Below, piece after piece: positions 1 to 6,160 of a DNA stretch of 34,800 bases. A model generated the notes under the pieces. That model did not search any database and had not been told where the DNA came from. It was given only the letters and a program-made list of their open reading frames with translations. A program made the position numbers and the translations under genes. The DNA is from Syntrophorhabdus sp. PtaB.Bin184 (GTDB taxonomy: Bacteria > Desulfobacterota > Syntrophorhabdia > Syntrophorhabdales > Syntrophorhabdaceae). The stretch lies in the NCBI GenBank assembly GCA_002067555.1, contig MVQQ01000011.1, forward strand, positions 1-34,800, given 5' to 3'. The stretch's first letter is position 1. Each line of letters begins with the position of its first letter.

Positions 1-1
1 G

Positions 2-1474
2 ACGCTCATGAATGCGAAATCCGCCCCCGACGCTGTCAGGTCCAGCTCCGCCCAGGCCGAAGTGGTGGGCCATTTCATGAGTGGGGACGAAGAGTATATC
101 CTTAAGAGGGTCATTGGGAACTCGGGCAGGTCCCGGGCGTTCCTGAACGAAGAGCCCATTACCCTTGCACGGATGGAGACGCTGGGAGGAACCCTCATCA
201 GCGTTTATGGACAGAACGAGTTCCAGCACCTTCTGGAAAAGGAGAACTACACCGGGATCGTGGACAACCTTCTCGGCCTCGGGGAGGAACGGGACAGGCT
301 TTCCGCGAAAGTGGACGAATTGCGGAGGATGAATACGGTCCTTGCCGGCAGGAAGAGGGAGGCCGAGGGAAAAGACAGGGAGATGGAGCTTCTCGAATTC
401 CAGGTGATGGAGATAGAGAAGAAAAATATTGGTGAGAAGGAGGAAGAGACCCTCAGGGAAAGGCTCAAGGTGCTCAAGGGAGCCGAAAGGATCGGAAAGG
501 TCTTCGAAGAGATGACGGAGGGCCTTCGGGGGTCTGAACAGTCGGTTCAGGCCCTTCTCAAGAGGTACTCGGCGATGCTGAGAGCCCTTGGTTCCATCGA
601 GGCCATGGAGGCATTGAAGAAGCGGGTGGACAGCGTATCCTACGAGATCGAGGACCTTCTCCTGGAGATGCACGGGATAGAGAGAACGCTTCTTTTCGAC
701 GAAGAGGAGATGATGCGCGTCGAGGATCGGCTGTCGGAGATATTCAGGCTCAAGGACAAGTACGGCAACAGCCGCGAAGAGATCGAAGCCTTCCGCGTAA
801 AGGCGAAGGAGAGGCTCGCCTATCTCACGGGGCTTACGGGGGATATCGACACGCTCGAGAGGGACAGGGAGAAACTTGCGGCGGAGGTGGAGGAGATGTC
901 GTCGATGCTCTCGGCGAAGCGCAGGAAAGGCTCACCCGGGATCGAAAGGACCATCATCGAGGAGCTGGGGTTCCTGTCCATGAAAGGACTTCAATTCCAG
1001 GTGCTCGTAACGGACAGGGGATGTGTGGAGCGGGACGGACGGGACGACATTGAGCTCCTCATCTCCACAAACCCCGGCGAGCCCTTGAAACCATTGAGGA
1101 AGATAGCTTCCGGCGGGGAACTGTCGAGGATCATGCTTGCCATCAAGAAGGTCATCGGGGGAGAGGAAGAGAAGGCCCTCATCTTCGATGAGGTTGATGC
1201 CGGCATCGGCGGGAGGGTGGCCGACATGGTGGGGCGGCGTCTGAAGGACCTCTCAGCCAGGCACCAGGTTCTTTGCATAACACATCTTCCCCAGATAGCC
1301 GCTTACGGAGACAGGCACTATCTTGTGGAAAAGCAGGTGAAGGACGGTCGGACCACAACGGCCATCCGCGAGCTGACAGCCGAAGAGCGGGTGCAGGAAC
1401 TCGCGCGGATGCTGGGTGGGGCCACCATAACGGACATAACCATAAAGAGAGCGCGGGAGATGCTTCAGTCATGA
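2..1474 (+). CDS. recN: DNA repair protein RecN, C-terminal ~490 aa (5' end lies upstream of the window)
   Basis: The frame is open from the window edge. A long E/K/R/L-rich coiled-coil-like region is followed by the SMC/ABC signature SGGELSRIMLAIKKV, Walker B/D-loop ALIFDEVDAGIGG and the RecN-typical QVLCITHLPQIAAYGDRHYLVEK. Stop TGA at 1472-1474. Confidence 0.9.
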   Translation, partial: TLMNAKSAPDAVRSSSAQAEVVGHFMSGDEEYILKRVIGNSGRSRAFLNEEPITLARMETLGGTLISVYGQNEFQHLLEKENYTGIVDNLLGLGEERDRLSAKVDELRRMNTVLAGRKREAEGKDREMELLEFQVMEIEKKNIGEKEEETLRERLKVLKGAERIGKVFEEMTEGLRGSEQSVQALLKRYSAMLRALGSIEAMEALKKRVDSVSYEIEDLLLEMHGIERTLLFDEEEMMRVEDRLSEIFRLKDKYGNSREEIEAFRVKAKERLAYLTGLTGDIDTLERDREKLAAEVEEMSSMLSAKRRKGSPGIERTIIEELGFLSMKGLQFQVLVTDRGCVERDGRDDIELLISTNPGEPLKPLRKIASGGELSRIMLAIKKVIGGEEEKALIFDEVDAGIGGRVADMVGRRLKDLSARHQVLCITHLPQIAAYGDRHYLVEKQVKDGRTTTAIRELTAEERVQELARMLGGATITDITIKRAREMLQS

Positions 1475-1920
1475 TCAGAAAAGCGAAAGTGGAAGATATC
1501 AAGAAGATACATCAGTTGGTCAATCAGTCCGCATCACGGGGCGAGATGCTGCCGAGGTCCCTCGGAGAGCTCTACGATAACCTGCGGGACTATTTTGTCC
1601 ATATCCATGACGGGGTCGTTACGGGCACAGGGGGCCTGCACATCTGCTGGGAAAACCTTGCCGAGATCCGCTCGCTCTGCGTCGCCGAAGTCGCCCGGGG
1701 CAGGGGTGTGGGACGGGCACTCGTCGAGGCCTGTCTGGAGGAGGCCGGGACCTACGAGATACACAAGGTCTTTCTCCTCACCTACCAGGTGGAGTTCTTC
1801 GGCAAATGCGGTTTTACCGTCACCGACAAGAAGATCTTCCCCCAGAAGATCTGGTCGGATTGCATCAAGTGCGCCAAATTCCCGGAATGCGACGAAACGG
1901 CAATGATAAGGGAGATATGA
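1471..1920 (+). CDS. GNAT family N-acetyltransferase (short ArgA-like type)
   Basis: ATG 1471 overlaps the recN stop (ATGA). It has the acetyl-CoA binding motif VAEVARGRGVGRALVEACLEEA and a Cys-rich tail WSDCIKCAKFPECDE. The ORF-track start at 1273 lies inside recN and was not used. Confidence 0.8.
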   Translation: MIRKAKVEDIKKIHQLVNQSASRGEMLPRSLGELYDNLRDYFVHIHDGVVTGTGGLHICWENLAEIRSLCVAEVARGRGVGRALVEACLEEAGTYEIHKVFLLTYQVEFFGKCGFTVTDKKIFPQKIWSDCIKCAKFPECDETAMIREI

Positions 1921-1926
1921 GAGGCG

Positions 1927-1962
1927 GCTTGAATGGCTTGAGCCGCTTGAATCGCTTGAACG
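1927..1962. repeat. Four tandem 9-bp units GCTTGANNN (starts 1927, 1936, 1945, 1954)
   Basis: Read directly: gcttgaatg gcttgagcc gcttgaatc gcttgaacg, immediately after the GNAT stop codon. Confidence 0.8.
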
Positions 1963-1970
1963 CGAAAGGC

Positions 1971-2063
1971 ACATGTCAGTCTTTGTTGTCGTCATTCCGC
2001 CACATGTCAAGCTTCTTTGTCGTCATTCCGCCACATGTCAAGCTTCTTTGTCGTCATTCCGGC
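1971..2063. repeat. 31-bp direct tandem repeat, three copies (ACATGTCAAGCTTCTTTGTCGTCATTCCGCC)
   Basis: Copies lie at 1971-2001 (a few mismatches), 2002-2032 and 2033-2063 (last 2 nt differ). They are head-to-tail with no spacers. The repeat is visible as duplicated VIPPHVKLLCRHS in the spurious N-terminus of ORF 1973..3484. Confidence 0.9.
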
Positions 2064-2075
2064 GAAGGCCGGAAT
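2056..2075. repeat. Perfect 8-bp inverted repeat hairpin ATTCCGGC-GAAG-GCCGGAAT capping the tandem repeat
   Basis: Read directly. The left arm is the end of the third 31-bp copy. It resembles the widespread GTCATTCC-GC-rich-palindrome-GGAATCC class of small intergenic repeats. No T-run follows, so it is not a canonical terminator. Confidence 0.75.
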
Positions 2076-2188
2076 CCAGGAAGGATTTGGGTCCGGGGCA
2101 GGGTCTGCATCGCCGGTATAGTCCGGGACTACGAGAAACACCGGGACGTGCGGAGATGGTGAGCAATATACTAGCGAGGGGGACATCA

Positions 2189-3484
2189 ATGAAGGATATA
2201 TTAGATAGAGCGGCCGCGTATTTCGATCATGCTGAGGTTTTTTATCTCAATGAGAAGGGAAGGAAGATCGAGGCCAGGGATGGGGAGATCTGTGCGGTCG
2301 AGTTCAAGGAAGAGGAAGGGTACGCGTTGCGTGTCATAAAGGGTGCGAGGCCGGCATTCGCCTATACCTATGACCGCGTCGACCCGGCCGGGAAACTTAT
2401 CGCGAATGTGGAAGCCCTGCTGCCTGTCATGGAGAAGGATGAGGACAGCGTTTTCGCTCCCGCCTGCGAGGGGTATCCTGATTCCCGGTTGTACGATGCC
2501 GCCGGGATGGCCGTCGGCGATGACGAGAAAAGGTCGATGCTCATCGCCATGGAGAAGACGATCAGGGAACATGACGGCAGGATAAGGGCTGTCAGGAACT
2601 GCGAGTTCCACGAAGTGGAGCTCGAGGCCGCGCTGGGGAATTCGAATGGTGTTCTCGTGGAGGGCAGGAAGACCCTTTTTGTCTGGTCTGCGATGGCTGT
2701 GGCCGGGCAGGGTGATGACGAGGTGTCCTGGTATGACTGGCGCTGGTCGGACGACCTCACAGGGATCGACTCGACGCGGATGGGGCTCGATATCGCGGAG
2801 AAGGTCATCTCCATGCTGTCGGCGGAGCAGATACCAACGGGCACATACGAAGGGATACTGACACCACGGGCGGCGTCGGATCTGCTCGGGATCCTGTCGG
2901 AGTCCTTTCTCGCGGAGAACCTGTACAAGGACAAGACGCAGCTGAAGGGCAGGGAAGGAACACGGTGTTTCGCGAAGGGACTCAGGATGGTGGATTCAGG
3001 AATGGCGGGGCCCGATGCATTTGCCTTCGACGGGGAAGGCGTGCCTTCCTTCGAGAACGTGGTTGTGGATGACGGGGTATTTCAGACCTTTCTGTACGAT
3101 ACATATTTTGCCCGAAAGCTAGGCAGGGCTTCGACGGGCAGCAGCGTGAGGAGCGGCCTCAAGAGCCCGCCAAGGTGCGGGGCCCGGGGGATGTACGTGG
3201 GGAAAGGTGTGAGAGATATACTGGCGCCGATGACCAATGGCATCGTGATAGAGGACCTCATGGGAACCCACACCGCCAACACCGTCACGGGGGATTTCTC
3301 TGTGGGCTGCCTGGGTTACATCTGCAAAAATGGTGAAAGAAAACCCTTCCAGGGCGTAATGTTCTCGGGAAATGTCTTCGATATCTTCAAAAGTGTCGGG
3401 GAAACCGGTACCGACCTCACCTTCTACGGCCCCGTCGGCTCCCCGTCGATCTACGTCGAGGGGCTGAAAATAAGCGGAACGTGA
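2189..3484 (+). CDS. TldD/PmbA family protein (PmbA-like, putative metalloprotease/modulator)
   Basis: ATG 2189 is preceded by GAGGGGG (2176-2182). The C-terminal region IEDLMGTHTANTVTGDFSVGCLGYICKNGERKPFQGVMFSGNVFDIFKSV is typical of the family. The upstream part of ORF 1973..3484 is translated repeat DNA and was excluded. Confidence 0.8.
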   Translation: MKDILDRAAAYFDHAEVFYLNEKGRKIEARDGEICAVEFKEEEGYALRVIKGARPAFAYTYDRVDPAGKLIANVEALLPVMEKDEDSVFAPACEGYPDSRLYDAAGMAVGDDEKRSMLIAMEKTIREHDGRIRAVRNCEFHEVELEAALGNSNGVLVEGRKTLFVWSAMAVAGQGDDEVSWYDWRWSDDLTGIDSTRMGLDIAEKVISMLSAEQIPTGTYEGILTPRAASDLLGILSESFLAENLYKDKTQLKGREGTRCFAKGLRMVDSGMAGPDAFAFDGEGVPSFENVVVDDGVFQTFLYDTYFARKLGRASTGSSVRSGLKSPPRCGARGMYVGKGVRDILAPMTNGIVIEDLMGTHTANTVTGDFSVGCLGYICKNGERKPFQGVMFSGNVFDIFKSVGETGTDLTFYGPVGSPSIYVEGLKISGT

Positions 3485-3490
3485 GAAGAC

Positions 3491-3606
3491 GGTTTCAAGT
3501 TTCAGGTTTCAGGTTTCAGGTCGGAGACCAGATCGAAACCCTTACGCGAATGACAAAAGGTTGGAACGATTTTTTGCCTGAAACCTGAAACGTGGCACCT
3601 GAAACC
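3491..3606. repeat. Opposed heptamer arrays: (G/A)GTTTCA x4 at 3491-3518, and TGAAAC(C) x3 on the other arm (3579-3592 and 3600-3606)
   Basis: Read directly. gtttcaggtttcagg (left arm) is the perfect reverse complement of cctgaaacctgaaac (3577-3591). About 55 nt lie between the arms, including a T6 run at 3570-3575. Confidence 0.8.
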
Positions 3607-3631
3607 GCATTCTCTTCTCTTCACAAAACCC

Positions 3632-3660
3632 TTGACATGCGTGCGCGCAATTGAGATGAT
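3632..3660 (+). promoter_or_regulatory. Candidate sigma70-type promoter for the glycan operon (TTGACA-17 nt-GATGAT)
   Basis: Perfect -35 TTGACA at 3632-3637, a 17-nt spacer, then a 4/6 match to TATAAT at 3655-3660. It lies ~100 nt upstream of the first gene of the co-directional array. Sequence match only. Confidence 0.35.
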
Positions 3661-3759
3661 GTGTCTGTTCAGGGGTTGAACAAATCAATGATCATCGCGA
3701 ATTTGCAGGGAGAGTTGCAACCTCAGTGGCGGTAGCCTGCCCGAAAATCAGAAATCCAC

Positions 3760-4653
3760 ATGAATGAAGCCCAGTTCAGGACCCTCCGGGAGCTTTCCTC
3801 GGAAGGTGAGATATCCCAGAGAGACCTCTCGAAGAGGATAGGGCTCAGCCTGGGGAGCGTCAACTTTATCCTCAAGGAACTGATCAAACAGGGTTACGTC
3901 AAGGCTCAGCGCTTCAAGAACTCCAACAACAAGGCGGCATATATCTACGTTCTCACGCCGAAGGGCATCAACGAGCGCGTCCGCCAGACCCAGTATTTCC
4001 TCCGTCTCAAGATGGAGGAATACGAGAAGCTCCAGAGGGAGATAGATGACCTCAGGCAGGAGAACGCGCACCTTGATGAGAACGCGGCAGGGACAGACGG
4101 TAAGAGACCGGCCGTTTTCATCGACCGCGATGGCACCATCATGGTCGATGTTGGATATCCGAAGTATGCCCGGCAGGTGAGCCTGATACCGGGGGCCGTC
4201 AGGGCATTGAGAGAATTGAGGAGACAGGGCTTTCTCATCATAATCATAAGCAACCAGTCGGGGATCGGAAGGGGATACATGACCCGCAGGCAGGCCGATA
4301 ACGTCCACAAGAGGGTGATCTCGCTTCTTGCCAATTCCGGTGTGGAGATCGATGACGCCTGTTATTGCCCTCACGCCCCGGACGAAGGGTGCAAGTGCCG
4401 CAAGCCATCCCCGGAAATGCTCTTCGAAGCGGCGAGAAAGTTCAACATCGATTTGTCCCGATCCTTCATGATCGGAGACAGGGATGTCGACATCGAAACC
4501 GGAAGGAACGCGGGTTGCCGGACACTGTGCCTGAGGTCGGTGGAGAACCGAACGGCAGAGTCCATCCTCGCCGACTACGAGAGCGGAGACTGGGAGGGAT
4601 TAATGCGGTACATACTCGACAGCGCGTTTCCGGAGGAGACGAATGCTTTTTGA
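3760..4653 (+). CDS. gmhB: Fusion protein: N-terminal EPS-associated MarR-family winged-helix regulator plus C-terminal D-glycero-D-manno-heptose 1,7-bisphosphate phosphatase (GmhB, HAD superfamily)
   Basis: aa 1-100 (ISQRDLSKRIGLSLGSVNFILKELIKQGYVKAQRFKNSNNKAAYIYVLTPKGI, then a coiled LKMEEYEKLQREIDDLRQE) match the MarR_EPS type of regulator. From aa ~118 come the HAD motif I FIDRDGTI (4123-4137), SNQSGIGRG, the GmhB Zn-loop CYCPHAPDEGCKCRKP and MIGDRDVDIETGRNAG. Confidence 0.85.
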   Translation: MNEAQFRTLRELSSEGEISQRDLSKRIGLSLGSVNFILKELIKQGYVKAQRFKNSNNKAAYIYVLTPKGINERVRQTQYFLRLKMEEYEKLQREIDDLRQENAHLDENAAGTDGKRPAVFIDRDGTIMVDVGYPKYARQVSLIPGAVRALRELRRQGFLIIIISNQSGIGRGYMTRRQADNVHKRVISLLANSGVEIDDACYCPHAPDEGCKCRKPSPEMLFEAARKFNIDLSRSFMIGDRDVDIETGRNAGCRTLCLRSVENRTAESILADYESGDWEGLMRYILDSAFPEETNAF

Positions 4654-5623
4654 CAGGGACAGACTGACTCTCAGGCCTCTGCGGGAAAGGATCCATGATC
4701 TCGATGCGAGTGTTGTGCTTCCCCTCGGCACGGCAGGTACGTGGAGTCATCCCGGGATCCGGGAAGCGGCCGGCTACATGGTGAGGGCAAAGAAGGCCCG
4801 TGGCAACATCGTCATGATGGTCGGTGGCCACGTCATCCGTTCCGGTGTCCAGAGGTACATCATCGACCTCATGGAGCGGGGGTATATCACGTGTTTTTCA
4901 ACGAACGGTTCAGGGATGATCCATGATTACGAATTCGCCCTCATCGGCGCCACCACGGAGAGCGTCGCGCGGTACATCAAGGAGGGACAGTTCGGTCTCT
5001 GGAAGGAGACGGGCGGGATCAACGACATCGTCAACGAGTCTCACAGAAAGGGCACGGGCGGTATGGGGGCGGCTGTCGGAGAAGCGATCAACGAGGGTGA
5101 TTTCCCCTACAAGGATATCAGTGTCTTTGCGGCTTGCCATCGCCTGGGCATTCCGGCCACGGTCCATATAGGGATCGGGTATGACATAATCCACGAGCAT
5201 CCCAACTTCGACGGTGCCGCCTCGGGCGCGGCCTCGTACGCGGATTTCCTGAAGTATGCTGAGATCATCAGGAACATAGAAGGGGGTGTTGTGATGAACT
5301 TCGGCAGCGCCGTCATGGCGCCCGAGGTTTTTCTCAAGGCCCTCAGCATGGCCCGGAACGTGGCGAGGGCCGACGGACAATCCATCACGGACCTTACCAC
5401 CCTTGTGTGTGATATCCATGAACTGCCGGACAGGATAGAGGGAGAGCCGCCGAAACAGGACACCAGGTATTATTTCCGTCCCTGGAAGACAATGCTTGTC
5501 AGGACCGTGGCGGACGGGGGCAGGAGCTACTACGTCGCCGGCCGTCATTCGGATACGATACCGGCGCTATGGTCATCGATCAACGATATTGAGCGACAAT
5601 CGAACACTCACGCAAAGCCTTGA
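4643..5623 (+). CDS. Conserved protein of unknown function (weak, unverified resemblance to a deoxyhypusine-synthase-like Rossmann fold)
   Basis: 326-aa ORF overlapping the upstream gene by 11 nt. It has protein-like composition and the segment NIVMMVGGHVIRSGVQRYIIDLMERGYITCFSTNGSGMIHDYE. I recognised no diagnostic catalytic motif. Confidence 0.6.
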   Translation: MLFDRDRLTLRPLRERIHDLDASVVLPLGTAGTWSHPGIREAAGYMVRAKKARGNIVMMVGGHVIRSGVQRYIIDLMERGYITCFSTNGSGMIHDYEFALIGATTESVARYIKEGQFGLWKETGGINDIVNESHRKGTGGMGAAVGEAINEGDFPYKDISVFAACHRLGIPATVHIGIGYDIIHEHPNFDGAASGAASYADFLKYAEIIRNIEGGVVMNFGSAVMAPEVFLKALSMARNVARADGQSITDLTTLVCDIHELPDRIEGEPPKQDTRYYFRPWKTMLVRTVADGGRSYYVAGRHSDTIPALWSSINDIERQSNTHAKP

Positions 5624-5633
5624 GGAGCCTGCG

Positions 5634-6104
5634 ATGAAGATTTATACAGTTGACAAACTGGCCAGAAAGATTGAGAATAGCAAAATTAGGGGTAAGAAGG
5701 TTGTGCTTTGCCATGGATGTTTTGACCTCATGCATCCAGGTCACATAAAGTACTTTCAGGCCGCAAAGAAGATGGGCGACATTCTGGTTGTGACCGTTAC
5801 CCCTGACAGATATGTAGACAAGGGGCCGGGAAGACCTGTGTTCAACGAGCAACTGCGCGCCGAGTCCATAGCAGCCCTGCAGTGCGTCAATTACGTGGCC
5901 ATCAACGAATGGCCCACGGCAGAGGAAACGCTCAGATCGTTGAGGCCTGACATATACGTCAAGGGTCAGGAATTCGAAAAGCTCGAAGATAAGACAGGCA
6001 AGATACAGAGGGAGAGTGAGGTTGTAAGGGAGATAGGAGCGGAGCTGAGATTCACCCATGAGATAGTGTTCTCGTCGACGCATTTGCTCAAGAACTATTT
6101 CTGA
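5634..6104 (+). CDS. Cytidylyltransferase-fold nucleotidyltransferase, RfaE domain II-like (putative heptose-1-phosphate adenylyltransferase)
   Basis: ATG 5634 follows GAGGAG (5622-5627). Intact HxGH motif CFDLMHPGHIKYF (HPGH at 5733-5744). KGPGRPV matches the KGxxRP segment of the HldE C-terminal domain. The ORF-track start at 5496 overlaps the upstream gene and was not used. Confidence 0.8.
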   Translation: MKIYTVDKLARKIENSKIRGKKVVLCHGCFDLMHPGHIKYFQAAKKMGDILVVTVTPDRYVDKGPGRPVFNEQLRAESIAALQCVNYVAINEWPTAEETLRSLRPDIYVKGQEFEKLEDKTGKIQRESEVVREIGAELRFTHEIVFSSTHLLKNYF

Positions 6105-6160
6105 AGAGGAGAACCGCCATCAAACGGAAAATTCTATATATCAACGATCTTGTCAAAAAA

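Noticed and set aside
1273-1470. Upstream extension of the GNAT ORF (track start 1273). The same applies to 5496-5633 for the nucleotidyltransferase, 10939-11049 for the HAD protein, 11627-11662 for the kinase and 18885-19022 for the cupin.
   Set aside because: The extensions overlap the 3' ends of well-supported upstream genes in another frame and have arbitrary R/G/S-rich sequence. Internal starts with RBS or ATGA-type coupling fit better.
1971-2063. Possible CRISPR array, given ~31-bp direct repeats.
   Set aside because: The repeats are directly head-to-tail with no spacers. There are only three copies and no cas genes in the window, so this is a simple tandem repeat.
1973-2188. N-terminal 72 codons of ORF 1973..3484 as part of the PmbA/TldD-like protein.
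   Set aside because: This segment is the translated 31-bp tandem repeat and hairpin (duplicated VIPPHVKLLCRHS). ATG 2189 has a proper GAGGGGG RBS, and family-like sequence begins there.
3532-3575. Possible Rho-independent terminator ending in the T6 run at 3570-3575.
   Set aside because: The sequence preceding the T-run forms only an interrupted 4+4 bp pairing (atcg/aacc with ggtt/cgat). That is too weak to call.
3593-3608. Sigma54-like element TGGCAC-N-CCGC. A second near-match, TGGCGGTAGCCTGC, lies at ~3727-3741.
   Set aside because: The -12 GC is out of register by one nucleotide in both cases and the TTGC consensus is not met. No enhancer-binding-protein gene is nearby.
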